From Azonexaceae bacterium (lineage in GTDB: Bacteria > Pseudomonadota > Gammaproteobacteria > Burkholderiales > Rhodocyclaceae), in assembly GCA_041307825.1 (NCBI GenBank), contig JBFZCS010000046.1, positions 1 through 40,713 on the forward strand: 40,713 nt of DNA, read 5' to 3'. Below, in pieces: positions 29,103 to 39,052 of this stretch. The notes under the pieces were generated by a model, which had not been told where the DNA came from, ran no database searches, and saw nothing but the letters and a program-made list of their open reading frames with translations. The position numbers were made by a program, and so were the translations under genes. Every line of letters starts with the position of its first letter. The first letter of the stretch is position 1.

Positions 29103-30004
29103 GCTGCTCTCTCCGAGAAATTGGCCGTCAGCCAGACGCCGGCGATGACCAGCAGGCCACCTGCGAGCACGGACAGCCCGAGGCGTTCGTCGAGCAGGAC
29201 GGCAGCCTGCAGGACGGCGAAGACCGGGACGAGGTTGACGAAGGCGGACGCCCTGGCGGCGCCGAGGCGCTTGACGCCGTCGGCAAACCAGGTGAAGGCG
29301 AGGGCGGTGCCGCCGATCGCCAGGAAGACGACGCTGGCCCAGACGTGCCATGACCATTCGGCGATTTCGGCGCCGCCCTGGGCGAGCGCGGTGATGCCGA
29401 GCAGCAGGGCGCCGATGAGACTGGCCCACAAGGTCGCTGCAAGCGGGGAAAGTGTCTTAGTCGCGCGCCGCCCGATGAAGGTGTAGGCCGTCCAGCAGAA
29501 CACGCAGCCGAGGATCAGCCACTCGCCGATGTCGACCGCGCCGTGCAGCAGCGCCAGCGGATTGCCGTTGCCAATGACTGTCAGACAGCCGGCCAGGGCA
29601 ATGGCGATGCCTGTCAGCTTGAGCGGGGCCATCCGTTCCTGGCCGAGAAACCAGGCAGCCAGCGCGACGACGACCGGGGTCAGGGCGACGACCAGCGCGC
29701 CGCGTCCGGCGCTGATGTGCTTCAGGCCATAAAAAAAACACAGGGCGTAGAGGAAGATACCGGTCATCGCCAGGCCGCTGACGGTGCCCCACTCGCTGCC
29801 TGTTTGCGGGCGCGGAATGCGCCCCTCGGTGAGCAGCGCAAAGCCGCCGAGCACCAGCCCGGCGAGCAGGAAGCGGATGGCCGGGGCGGCGAGCGGCGCC
29901 GTCAGTTCCTGCGCGACGATGCGTCCCGCGATCCAGGTGCCGCCCCACATGAACATGGCGCCGATCAGCTTGAGGTAGGTGATGGATCCGGCCTGCTGCG
30001 ACAC
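29099..30004 (-). CDS. DMT/EamA family transporter
   Basis: 10-TM pattern; [18 protein letters not shown]. Confidence 0.9.
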   Translation of the reverse strand: MSQQAGSITYLKLIGAMFMWGGTWIAGRIVAQELTAPLAAPAIRFLLAGLVLGGFALLTEGRIPRPQTGSEWGTVSGLAMTGIFLYALCFFYGLKHISAGRGALVVALTPVVVALAAWFLGQERMAPLKLTGIAIALAGCLTVIGNGNPLALLHGAVDIGEWLILGCVFCWTAYTFIGRRATKTLSPLAATLWASLIGALLLGITALAQGGAEIAEWSWHVWASVVFLAIGGTALAFTWFADGVKRLGAARASAFVNLVPVFAVLQAAVLLDERLGLSVLAGGLLVIAGVWLTANFSERAA

Positions 30005-31195
30005 TTACAGCATTTCCACCGCGAGCGCCGTCGCTTCGCCGCCGCCGATGCACAGCGCCGCGACGCCACGCCGCAGGCCATACTTCTTCAGTGCGCCGAG
30101 CAGCGTGACGACGATGCGCGCGCCGGAAGCACCGATCGGGTGGCCGAGCGCACAGGCACCGCCATGGATGTTGACCTTTCCGGCGGGCAGCTGCATGTCG
30201 TGCATGGCGGCCATGGTGACCACGGCAAAGGCCTCGTTGATTTCATACAGGTCGACGTCGGTCGCGGTCCACCCGGTTTTTACGAACAATTTCCGCATGG
30301 CGCCGACCGGCGCGGTCGGGAACAGCGCCGGGGCGTCGGCATAAGTGGCGTGGCCGACGATGCGGGCGAGCGGACTCAACCCAAGCTTTTCGGCCGACGC
30401 GGCGCGCATCAGCACCAGGGCGGCGGCGCCATCGGAAATCGACGACGAGTTGGCGGGGGTCACCGTGCCATGCTTGCGGAACGCCGGCTTGAAGGTCGGG
30501 ATTTTTTCGATGTTGACCGCGAACGGTCCTTCGTCCTTGTCGAGCACGACATCGCTGTGTCTGCCGGCGACGCTGACCGGGGCGACTTCCCAGTCAAGGC
30601 TGCCGTCACTGCTGGCCTGCTTGGCGCGGGTCGTCGAACGGATGGCGAATTCGTCCTGTGCGGCGCGACTGAAGTGGTAGCTGGCGGCCCAGTCCTCGGC
30701 GAAGGTGCCCATCAGGCGGCCGCGGTTTTCCTTCGAATAGGAATCCTCGAGGCCGTCCATGAACAGGTGGTCGATGATCTGGCCATGACCGAGGCGATAG
30801 CCGCCCCGGGCTTTCGGGAGCAGGTAGGGGGCGTTGGTCATCGACTCCATGCCGCCGACCACGGCAATATTGCAGGAGCCGGCGAGGAGGCCGTCGTGGC
30901 CGAGCATGGTCGCTTTCATCGCCGAGCCGCAGACCTTGTTTATCGTCGCGCAGCCGGCGGCGAGCGTCAGCCCGGCCTGCAAGGCCGCCTGGCGGGCCGG
31001 CGCCTGGCCCTGGCCGGCCTGCAGCACGCAGCCCATCAGCACCTCGTCGACCAGATTGGCGTCGATGCCGGCGCGTTCGACGGCAGCCCTGATGGCGACG
31101 GCGCCCAGGTTGGCGGCGGTCAGGCTGCTGAAGCCGCCCTGGAACGAACCCATCGGGGTACGGGCAGCGGAAACGATGACGATCGGGTCATTCAT
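30005..31195 (-). CDS. Acetyl-CoA C-acyltransferase (thiolase)
   Basis: INKVCGS, EINEAFA, GHPIGASG, CIGGGE. Confidence 0.95.
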   Translation of the reverse strand: MNDPIVIVSAARTPMGSFQGGFSSLTAANLGAVAIRAAVERAGIDANLVDEVLMGCVLQAGQGQAPARQAALQAGLTLAAGCATINKVCGSAMKATMLGHDGLLAGSCNIAVVGGMESMTNAPYLLPKARGGYRLGHGQIIDHLFMDGLEDSYSKENRGRLMGTFAEDWAASYHFSRAAQDEFAIRSTTRAKQASSDGSLDWEVAPVSVAGRHSDVVLDKDEGPFAVNIEKIPTFKPAFRKHGTVTPANSSSISDGAAALVLMRAASAEKLGLSPLARIVGHATYADAPALFPTAPVGAMRKLFVKTGWTATDVDLYEINEAFAVVTMAAMHDMQLPAGKVNIHGGACALGHPIGASGARIVVTLLGALKKYGLRRGVAALCIGGGEATALAVEML

Positions 31196-31217
31196 GCCGG
31201 GTTCTCAACGGTAACGG

Positions 31218-32366
31218 CTAGACGTCCAGCGCCTTAAGCGCGGCGTCGTAACGCGACTGCAAATCCTCAGGGCGATGCACGGTGATGCCGAAATCGTGCA
31301 TCAGGCCGTCCTTTAGGCCGTAGATCCAGCCATGGATGGTCAGGCGCTGGCCACGCTGCCAGGCATCCTGGACGACCGGGTTGTGACAGACATTGACGAC
31401 CTGTTCCATTACGTTCAGTTCGCAAAGGCGGTCGTGGCGTTGCTCTTCCGGCAAGCGGTCGACCGCAGCCAGATGTTTTTTGTGTACGTCCTGGACGTGG
31501 CGCAACCAGAGGTCGACGACGCCAACCCGATCGCGGCGCAGCGCGGCGCCGACGCCGCCACAGCCGTAGTGGCCGACGACCATGATGTGTTTCACTTTCA
31601 GCACATCGACCGCGTACTGGATTACCGACAGGCAGTTGAGATCGGTATGGACGACGACGTTGGCGACGTTGCGATGGACGAATACTTCGCCCGGCAGCAG
31701 GCCAACGATCTGGTTGGCCGGGACGCGCGAATCGGAACAACCGATCCACAGGAATTCCGGGGTCTGCAAGCGGGCCAGTTTCTCGAAGTAGGTCGGATCG
31801 ATTTCCCGCATCTGGCGGGACCAGGCGCGGTTGAAATCGAACAGGTGGGAGAGGTTCTCGTTGCGGATTTCCTCCTCTGACCAGTTTTCCAGGTCGAGCG
31901 CGAGGAACATCGTGCCCTCGACCGGGGTCTGGTAGTAGGCCGGCGCCTCGGTAAAGCCGAGTTCGCGATAGAGCTTTACGGCCATCCGCATGTTGGGCAC
32001 GGTGTCGACCATCAGCTTGCGATAGCCGATTTCCTTGGCGGCCTTGATCGCCGCCAGCGCCAGCGCGGCACCGACACCGTGGCCGCGTTCTTCCGCCGTC
32101 ACGTAGAGACGCTTCATCTCGCAGACGCCTTCGCTGCCGCTCAACGCTCGAACGCCGACACAACCGGCGGGACGCCCGTCGACTTCGGCAAAAAACAGCC
32201 GGCCTTCGGGGGCCGAATAGGCGCCGGGCAACGAGGCCATTTCCTGGTCGAAATTCTGGTACGACAGATCGACGCCCAGCCATGCCGCGTAATTGCGGAA
32301 GTACTGGCGGACCTGTTCCAGGGCTTCGCCGTCGGTGGCGCTGAGCGTGCGCAGGACTACTGACAT
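31218..32366 (-). CDS. GNAT acetyltransferase fused to beta-class carbonic anhydrase
   Basis: N-terminal CEMKRLYV...RGHGVG...AVKLYRELGF (GNAT); C-terminal WIGCSDSRVP, VHRNVAN, VGHYGCGGV (beta-CA zinc ligands); single uninterrupted ORF. Confidence 0.9.
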   Translation of the reverse strand: MSVVLRTLSATDGEALEQVRQYFRNYAAWLGVDLSYQNFDQEMASLPGAYSAPEGRLFFAEVDGRPAGCVGVRALSGSEGVCEMKRLYVTAEERGHGVGAALALAAIKAAKEIGYRKLMVDTVPNMRMAVKLYRELGFTEAPAYYQTPVEGTMFLALDLENWSEEEIRNENLSHLFDFNRAWSRQMREIDPTYFEKLARLQTPEFLWIGCSDSRVPANQIVGLLPGEVFVHRNVANVVVHTDLNCLSVIQYAVDVLKVKHIMVVGHYGCGGVGAALRRDRVGVVDLWLRHVQDVHKKHLAAVDRLPEEQRHDRLCELNVMEQVVNVCHNPVVQDAWQRGQRLTIHGWIYGLKDGLMHDFGITVHRPEDLQSRYDAALKALDV

Positions 32367-32400
32367 GTGAGTGCTACTCCCGGTTGCTGGCGACGCTGGT

Positions 32401-33573
32401 TCAAGCGGTCTCGGCGAAAAGTTCGCGACCGATCAGCATTCTACGGATTTCCGAAGTACCTGCCCCGATCTCGTAGAGCTTGGCGTCGCGCCACAGGCGG
32501 CCGGCCGGGTACTCGTTGGTGTAGCCGACGCCGCCCAAGGTTTGAATGGCTTCGCCGGCCATCCAGGTCGCCTTCTCGGCCGAGTAAAGGATGGCGCCGG
32601 CGGCATCCTTGCGCAGCGTGCGTGAGTGATCGCTCACATCGCAGGCGCGGCCGACGGCATAGACGTAGGCGCGCGTGGCCTGCCAAGTGGAATACATGTC
32701 GGCGACCTTGCCCTGCATCAGCTGGAATTCGCCGATCGCCTGGCCGAACTGCTTACGCTCGTGCAGGAAGGGGACGACGACATCCATGCAGGCAGCCATG
32801 ATCCCGAGCGGACCGCCGCAGAGCACGGCGCGCTCGTAGTCGAGGCCGGACATCAGGACCCGGGCGCCGTTGCCGACGCCGCCGAGGACGTTCTCTTCCG
32901 GGACTTCGCAATCGTCGAAGAACAGCGGGAAGGTGTTCGAGCCGCGCATGCCGAGCTTGTCGAGGTGGGTCCCACAGCTGAACCCGGTGAAGCCCTTTTC
33001 GACGATGAAGGCGGTCATGCCCCTGGCCCCGGCGTTCGGGTCGGTCTTGGCATAGACGACCAGCGTATCAGCATCGCCGCCGTTGGTGATCCACATCTTG
33101 GAACCGTTCAAGACGTAACGGTCGCCCTTTTTCTCGGCTTTCAGCTTCATCGAAACGACGTCGGAACCGGCGTTCGGCTCGGACATCGCCAGCGCGCCGA
33201 CATGGTCGCCGGAAATCAGCTTGGGCAGGTATTTCTGGCGCTGGGCTTCCGTTCCATTGCGGCGAATCTGGTTTACGCACAAATTCGAGTGTGCACCGTA
33301 GGAGAGGCCGACCGAGGCCGAGGCGCGGGAGATTTCCTCGAGCGCGACGATGTGCGCGAGGTAGCCCATGTCGGTGCCGCCGTATTCCTCGCCGGCGGTC
33401 ATGCCGAGCAGGCCCATGGCGCCGAACTTCTTCCACAGGTCGGCGGGGAATTCGTTGACGCGGTCGATCTCGGCGGCGCGCGGGGCGATTTCTGCGTTGG
33501 CAAAAGCCTTCACCGCGTCGCGCAGCAGGTTGACGTCCTCGCCGAGGCCGAAGTCGAGGCTGGGAATGTTCAC
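32401..33573 (-). CDS. liuA: Isovaleryl-CoA dehydrogenase
   Basis: GTG start overlapping the upstream stop; [44 protein letters not shown]. Confidence 0.95.
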   Translation of the reverse strand: MNIPSLDFGLGEDVNLLRDAVKAFANAEIAPRAAEIDRVNEFPADLWKKFGAMGLLGMTAGEEYGGTDMGYLAHIVALEEISRASASVGLSYGAHSNLCVNQIRRNGTEAQRQKYLPKLISGDHVGALAMSEPNAGSDVVSMKLKAEKKGDRYVLNGSKMWITNGGDADTLVVYAKTDPNAGARGMTAFIVEKGFTGFSCGTHLDKLGMRGSNTFPLFFDDCEVPEENVLGGVGNGARVLMSGLDYERAVLCGGPLGIMAACMDVVVPFLHERKQFGQAIGEFQLMQGKVADMYSTWQATRAYVYAVGRACDVSDHSRTLRKDAAGAILYSAEKATWMAGEAIQTLGGVGYTNEYPAGRLWRDAKLYEIGAGTSEIRRMLIGRELFAETA

Positions 33574-34031
33574 GGTTTTTCTCGCTGCGATTTTTCGGGT
33601 TTGCCATGCATGACCATGACGGTCTGTTGCATCAGCGCGCATTGTGTTTTCCGGCCGTCCTTGATCGCGAAGACCTCGCCTTGGGTGACGATCAGCGTCC
33701 GCCCGGCCCGGATCACCTTGCCGGCGGCAATCAGGTAGTCGCCGTCGGCGGGCGCCATGTTGTTGATCTTGTATTCCACGCTCAGCACCGAAGCCGAGGG
33801 CGGCACCATGGTCATAGCTGCATAGCCGGCTGCCGAATCGGCAATCATCCCGACCACGCCGCCATGCACGAAACCATGCTGCTGCTCGACGCCGCTCCAG
33901 TGCGGCAGATGAATCTCGGCGTAACCGTGCTCGATAACCGGCAGCGTCGCGCGGATCAGCGCCATCGCGTGCTGCAGCGCGAAGCTGGCGCGGACGCGTT
34001 CGGCGAAATGGGGATCGGAAATATGGCTCAT
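33570..34031 (-). CDS. PaaI family hotdog thioesterase
   Basis: [26 protein letters not shown]. Confidence 0.92.
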   Translation of the reverse strand: MSHISDPHFAERVRASFALQHAMALIRATLPVIEHGYAEIHLPHWSGVEQQHGFVHGGVVGMIADSAAGYAAMTMVPPSASVLSVEYKINNMAPADGDYLIAAGKVIRAGRTLIVTQGEVFAIKDGRKTQCALMQQTVMVMHGKPEKSQREKP

Positions 34032-34043
34032 GACGTGATTGTA

Positions 34044-34066
34044 TTTACGTTGACGTTAACGTCAAC
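34044..34066. promoter_or_regulatory. LiuR-type operator overlapping the liu operon promoter
   Basis: Perfect 18-bp palindrome GTTGACGTTAACGTCAAC (34049-34066) plus overlapping TTTACGTTGACGTTAA (34044-34059). Minus-strand TTGACG (34065-34060) and TACAAT (34043-34038) form -35/-10. Adjacent to a MerR-family gene. Confidence 0.85.
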
Positions 34067-34083
34067 TGTCCTTGGGAGATTTT

Positions 34084-34476
34084 TCATCGGGATTCGCGAC
34101 GTACCAGTTCTTGCTGGCACTGTTGCTCGAACAGGGAAATTTCAGCCAGCATCGCCTCGATGTCCTCGCGCTGCTGTACGAGGGCTTCCCGCCGTTTGGA
34201 CATGACGCGAAGGCACTCCAGCAATTGCGGGGTTTCGTCCTCGGTGCTGGCGTACATGCCGATCAGGTCCTTGATTTCGGCCAGCGACAGGCCGAGCCGC
34301 TTGCCGCGCAGGGCCATTTTCAGGCGGGCGCGGTCGCGCCGGGTAAATACCCGCTTGCTGCCTTCGCGTTCCGGCGCCAGGATGCCCTGGTCTTCCCAGA
34401 AGCGGATCGTGCGCGGCGTGATCCCGAATTCGCGGGCAAGATCGGAGATGGCGAAAGTGGTGGTGGTCGTGGGCAC
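34084..34476 (-). CDS. liuR: MerR family regulator LiuR
   Basis: GTG start with AAGGA RBS; FAISDLAREFGITPRTIRFWEDQG...RLKMALRGKRLGLSLAEIK; next to the liu genes. Confidence 0.88.
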   Translation of the reverse strand: MPTTTTTFAISDLAREFGITPRTIRFWEDQGILAPEREGSKRVFTRRDRARLKMALRGKRLGLSLAEIKDLIGMYASTEDETPQLLECLRVMSKRREALVQQREDIEAMLAEISLFEQQCQQELVRRESR

Positions 34477-34578
34477 TGGGCGATCCTTGTCGATTGCAGC
34501 CAAGTAGATCAGAAGAAAGAAGTTTTTTCAATTCGCTACCGTATGGTAATTTGCAGACTCAGTTTACTGGCCTGCAAC

Positions 34579-35616
34579 ATGTCCCTGCATTATCCCCATG
34601 CGCATCCACCGGCCGCCGGCCAGCAGTTCGAGGTCGCGCCGGGAATCTACTGGCTGCGCATGCCGCTTCCCTTCCAGCTCGACCATATCAACCTGTGGCT
34701 GCTGCGTGATGGCGACGGGTGGACGATCGTCGATACCGGCTTCGCCAACGATGCCGTGCGCGAACTCTGGCGCCCGCTGATCGCCGGGCTGGATGGTCCG
34801 GTGCGGCGTCTGATCGTGACGCATTTTCACCCGGACCACCTCGGCCTGGCGACCTGGCTGATGAACGAGACGGGTGCCGAACTGTGGATGACCACCGGCG
34901 AGTTCCTGACCGCGCATGTCGTGTGGAACGAAGTCGGCGGCCACGGGGCGCGTTTCATGGTCGAGCAGTTCCGCCAGCACGGCCTCGAAGCCGAGCGGCT
35001 GGCGAAATTCGAGAATCGCGGGTCGGGTTATCGCCTGGCGGTGCCGGCCTTGCCCGAGCATTACAACCGTCTGAAAGCCGGCGACACGGTCGCGGTCGAC
35101 GGGAAAAAATGGCGGATTTTGATCGGTCATGGCCACTCGCCGGAGCATATGGCTCTTTACTGCGCCGAACTTGGCGTGTTAATTTCAGGCGACATGCTTT
35201 TGCCGAAAATTTCCACGAATATCAGTGTATTCGCGGCGACCCCGGAAGCCGATTCGCTGGGCTGGTTTCTGGAGTCTCTGCAGGAACTGACCCGGGAAAT
35301 GCCGGAAAAAACATTGGTTTTACCCTCGCATGGCCTGCCCTTCACGGGGATACAGGCGCGGGTGGAGGCATTGCGCGCGCACCATGAAGACCGGTTGCGC
35401 GCACTTGAGGAGACTTGTGAAGATGCGCCGCAGAGCGCAGCCGGGTTGCTCGAAACCCTGTTTCAGCGGGCGCTCGATACGCATCAAACCATGTTTGCCA
35501 TGGGCGAAGCAATTGCCCATCTTAACCACCTCGAACAAGCCGGACGGTTGTCACGCAGTACCGATACCGACGGTGTGATTCGATACACGCGGCGTAATCT
35601 CAACGCCGCGCAATGA
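34579..35616 (+). CDS. MBL-fold metallo-hydrolase (345 aa)
   Basis: Start at MSLHYPH; LPFQLDHINLW, THFHPDHLG, GHGHSPEH, LPSHG. Confidence 0.9.
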   Translation: MSLHYPHAHPPAAGQQFEVAPGIYWLRMPLPFQLDHINLWLLRDGDGWTIVDTGFANDAVRELWRPLIAGLDGPVRRLIVTHFHPDHLGLATWLMNETGAELWMTTGEFLTAHVVWNEVGGHGARFMVEQFRQHGLEAERLAKFENRGSGYRLAVPALPEHYNRLKAGDTVAVDGKKWRILIGHGHSPEHMALYCAELGVLISGDMLLPKISTNISVFAATPEADSLGWFLESLQELTREMPEKTLVLPSHGLPFTGIQARVEALRAHHEDRLRALEETCEDAPQSAAGLLETLFQRALDTHQTMFAMGEAIAHLNHLEQAGRLSRSTDTDGVIRYTRRNLNAAQ

Positions 35617-35632
35617 CAGAGGGAGTTCGAAT

Positions 35633-37468
35633 ATGTCGCAGAAAACCGATGAGAAGGCAGGCAATCTGCCCGACCCGGCCGAAATGGCCAAGACCTATGC
35701 CGAAGTCGCGCAGCGCGCTTCGCGCCTGATTTCCCAGTTCGTCGAAAAGAAGGCCAAGGCCGGCGTCAGCGCGCCGACCGACGAACTCGGTGTCGCCAAG
35801 GCGTTCATGGACCTGTCGTCGCGCCTGATGGCCAATCCGTACAAGATGGCCCAGACGCAGATGAACATGATGTGGGATTACTTCTCGCTGTGGCAGAACA
35901 CCTCCATGAAGATGATGGGCATGCCGGTTCACGCGCCGATTGCATCGCCGAAGAAAGGTGACAACCGCTTCAAGGACGAGGAGTGGGAACAGCATTTCCT
36001 GTTCGATTTCGTCAAGCAGTCCTACCTGATCACCGCCCGCCACCTGCACGACACCGTCGCCGGCACCGAAGGACTGGACGAAAACACCCAGCAGAAGGTC
36101 AATTTCTTCACCCGCCAGTACATTGACGCGCTGTCGCCTTCGAACTTCGCGCTGACCAACCCGCAGGTTTTTCGTGAAACCGTGAACAGCCACGGCCAGA
36201 ACCTGATCAAGGGCCTCAACAACCTGCTGCACGACGTCGAATCCGGCGACGGGCAACTGCGCATCCGGATGACTGACACCTCGGCCTTCGAAATGGGCAA
36301 GAACGTCGCCACGACGCCGGGCAAGGTGGTCTTCCAGAACGAACTTTTCCAGCTCATCCAGTATGACCCGTCCACACCCGACCAGTACAAGAAGCCGTTC
36401 CTGATCGTTCCGCCGTGGATCAACAAGTACTACATCCTCGACCTGCGCGAGAAGAACTCGCTGGTCAAGTGGGCGACCGATCAGGGCCACACCACCTTCA
36501 TCATGTCGTGGATCAACCCGGATGAGAAACTGGCGAAGAAAACCTTCGACGACTACCTGCTCGAGGGCTCGGTCGAAGCGATCAACCAGGTTTGCGCGCA
36601 AACCGGCGAGAACAGCGTCAACCTGGCGGGCTACTGCCTGGGCGGTACGCTGGCCATGACCACGCTGGCCTACATGACGGCCAAGAAGGACAAGCGCGCC
36701 AATTCAGCAACCTTCTTCACGACCATGCTCGATTTCTCCGAGCCGGGCGAACTTGGGGTCTTCCTCGACGAAGGCGCGGTCGCCGGGCTGGAAAAGAAGA
36801 TGCAGGAACGCGGCTTCCTCGAAGGCTCGGAAATGGCCGGCACCTTCAACATGTTGCGCGCCAACGACCTGATCTGGTCCTTCGTGGTCAACAACTACTT
36901 GATGGGCAAGGATCCGTTCCCCTTCGACCTGCTTTACTGGAACTCCGACTCGACCCGCATGCCGGCGGCGATGCACAGCTTCTACCTACGTAACCTGTAC
37001 CTGGCCAACAAGCTCAGTGAACCGGGCGGGCTCGAACTCGGGGGTGTCAAGATCGGCCTGAGCAAGGTCAAGACGCCGTGCTACTTCGTTTCGACGGTCG
37101 AAGATCACATCGCGCCGTGGAAGAGCACCTACATTGGCGCCCGCCTGCCGTCCGGCCCGACCAAGTTCGTGCTCGGCGGTTCCGGCCACATCGCCGGCAT
37201 CGTCAATCCGCCGGTCGCCAACAAGTACGGCTACTGGACCAACGATGCTACCGACGGCAATCTGCCGGAAAACCCGGAAGACTTCCTGGCCGGCGCCACG
37301 CAGAACGCCGGTTCGTGGTGGACGCACTGGAACGAGTGGGTCATCGGCCTGCCTGGTGGCAGCGCCAAGGTCAAGGCACGCAAGCCGGAAGACGGCACGC
37401 TCAAGGTGATCGAGGATGCCCCGGGCAGCTACGTAAAGTTCCGCCTGGATACGCAGAAGAAAAGCTGA
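35633..37468 (+). CDS. phaC: Class I poly(R)-hydroxyalkanoate synthase PhaC
   Basis: PPWINKYYILDL, lipase box GYCLGG, LRANDLIW, DHIAPW, SGHIAG, GSWW, DAPGSYV; GGGAG RBS. Confidence 0.96.
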   Translation: MSQKTDEKAGNLPDPAEMAKTYAEVAQRASRLISQFVEKKAKAGVSAPTDELGVAKAFMDLSSRLMANPYKMAQTQMNMMWDYFSLWQNTSMKMMGMPVHAPIASPKKGDNRFKDEEWEQHFLFDFVKQSYLITARHLHDTVAGTEGLDENTQQKVNFFTRQYIDALSPSNFALTNPQVFRETVNSHGQNLIKGLNNLLHDVESGDGQLRIRMTDTSAFEMGKNVATTPGKVVFQNELFQLIQYDPSTPDQYKKPFLIVPPWINKYYILDLREKNSLVKWATDQGHTTFIMSWINPDEKLAKKTFDDYLLEGSVEAINQVCAQTGENSVNLAGYCLGGTLAMTTLAYMTAKKDKRANSATFFTTMLDFSEPGELGVFLDEGAVAGLEKKMQERGFLEGSEMAGTFNMLRANDLIWSFVVNNYLMGKDPFPFDLLYWNSDSTRMPAAMHSFYLRNLYLANKLSEPGGLELGGVKIGLSKVKTPCYFVSTVEDHIAPWKSTYIGARLPSGPTKFVLGGSGHIAGIVNPPVANKYGYWTNDATDGNLPENPEDFLAGATQNAGSWWTHWNEWVIGLPGGSAKVKARKPEDGTLKVIEDAPGSYVKFRLDTQKKS

Positions 37469-37492
37469 ACGCATGCCGCGCTCGAGATGAAG

Positions 37493-37520
37493 ACGGGAGG
37501 CTACGGCCTCCCGTTTTTTT
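37493..37520 (+). terminator. Rho-independent terminator after phaC
   Basis: ACGGGAGGC-TACG-GCCTCCCGT stem-loop followed by a T run. Confidence 0.9.
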
Positions 37521-37573
37521 CGAACCTGAAACTGCTTGTGCTGTGCTGTGGATGTCCTCAGAGCAGGTGTGCC

Positions 37574-37681
37574 ATGCTTTCAGAATACACCTTAATCACG
37601 GTTCATATTCCCCCGGTGCTGCGGACTATGCCGGAGCCGATGGAGGAACTGGTCAGCATCGTGCCGACCGGCGATCGGTGA
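37574..37681 (+). pseudogene. Possible truncated MoaD/ThiS-like gene remnant (35 codons)
   Basis: MLSEYTLITVHIPPVLRT... resembles the first strand of ubiquitin-like sulfur carriers, but it stops after 35 aa against the ubiT stop and has no C-terminal GG. Confidence 0.3.
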
Positions 37682-38140
37682 TCAGCGCCTGAGTTGCGGC
37701 AGGCCGGGCAGGCTCGGCCACTCAACCGCGTCGAGCATGTTCTTGACGAGCAGGCCGAGTTCCGTGTCGCCGGAGATTTCGAGTTCGCGGTTGAAGAACA
37801 GGGTGTCCGGATCTTCCTGGCGCGCCAGTAACTGCAGGTAGGCGGAAAGGTTGGCGGCGAAGGCGAGGTCGGGTTCGCGATCGGGACGGAAAACCGGACG
37901 GAACAGGCCGTCGCGATAGGTGTAGGAAGCTTCGCCGCCGCTATCGAGGACGCGAACCCGGAACAGCTTCCCTTCGAGCGCGGTCAACCCGTCCGCAGGC
38001 AGCAATTTCATTTTCAGCGCGGCGTTCAGGGCGGTGACCAGCACCAGAGCATGCGGCCACTGCGGCAGCGCCTGAAACACGCTGGATACGAATCCGGGCA
38101 GACGGAACCGGGGAATGGTGAACCCTGGATTCATGTTCAT
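37682..38140 (-). CDS. ubiT: SCP2-domain anaerobic ubiquinone biosynthesis accessory protein UbiT
   Basis: [28 protein letters not shown]; downstream of ubiUV. Confidence 0.9.
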   Translation of the reverse strand: MNMNPGFTIPRFRLPGFVSSVFQALPQWPHALVLVTALNAALKMKLLPADGLTALEGKLFRVRVLDSGGEASYTYRDGLFRPVFRPDREPDLAFAANLSAYLQLLARQEDPDTLFFNRELEISGDTELGLLVKNMLDAVEWPSLPGLPQLRR

Positions 38141-39039
38141 GCTCCCGCTTGTTCAATGACTTCCGGGTGGCGCCGGACGATGCCGGCGGCGCCGAACCAG
38201 TAACCGTCGACCTCGCCGCTGGAACTCCAGCCCGTGCGGTCGGGGCTGACCGTCGCGCCGCGCCGCGCCGCGTCGAAGGCGGTGATGATCTCGCCGATGT
38301 GCGCCTTCTGCGGACTGATGCGGATGATGTCGATGCCCATCGCCAGCATGTCCGGAATTTCGTGCAGCAGGTTGTAGTTTTGCGCCGACATGGTCTGGAT
38401 GCCATTGATGGTCAGGAAATCCTGCCCTTCGCGCGTTTTCAGGAGCAGGCCTTCGGCATGATCGAGACACTTGAATTGGCAGTCGTCCTTGTTCAGGTCG
38501 TAGTGGCGGGCCGTGAAACAGCGGGCCGAGAAGGCGAGCGGAATCTTGCCATAGACGAAGACTTCGGTCTCGACGCCGGCCGGCCGGCTCCGGTGCAGGG
38601 TTTCGACCAGCGTGCGCGGCGCTTCGAGCGGCGGCACCCAGCGCTTCAGGCCGTAGCGGGCGAAGCTGGCGAGCGTTGCCTCGTTGTAGATGTTCAGGTG
38701 CGGACCGGCGACGAAATCCTGCCCGTGGACGAGGTTGACCGCACCCAGGTCGTTGGCTTCGATCATGCAGCCCGACTCATCGATCAGCCGGCGCAGCGCC
38801 TTGAGATCGCTTTCCGATTCGAGCAGGGCCTGGGCGGAGACGACGACCTGCTTGCCGGCATCGCTCAGGTCGCGGGCCAGGCCGATCCAGTCGGTGGTGC
38901 GCAGCTGCTGGCGGCGCGAGCAGACGACCTCACCGACGTAGATGATGTCGAGCGCCGGGTTCTGCGCCATCTCGGCGTAGAACTCCATGACCTCGGCCTT
39001 GGGCCAGAAATAGAGCAGGGGTCCGAGCGCGAGTTTCAT
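38137..39039 (-). CDS. ubiV: U32 peptidase family protein UbiV
   Basis: [26 protein letters not shown]...DDCQFKC, INGIQT. Confidence 0.92.
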   Translation of the reverse strand: MKLALGPLLYFWPKAEVMEFYAEMAQNPALDIIYVGEVVCSRRQQLRTTDWIGLARDLSDAGKQVVVSAQALLESESDLKALRRLIDESGCMIEANDLGAVNLVHGQDFVAGPHLNIYNEATLASFARYGLKRWVPPLEAPRTLVETLHRSRPAGVETEVFVYGKIPLAFSARCFTARHYDLNKDDCQFKCLDHAEGLLLKTREGQDFLTINGIQTMSAQNYNLLHEIPDMLAMGIDIIRISPQKAHIGEIITAFDAARRGATVSPDRTGWSSSGEVDGYWFGAAGIVRRHPEVIEQAGA

Positions 39040-39052
39040 GCCGGGTTTTCCC

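Noticed and set aside
34537-34570. Short imperfect palindromes (TACCGTATGGTA, CAGTTTACTG) in the liuR/MBL divergent gap
   Set aside because: Too short and match no operator I can name; could be chance
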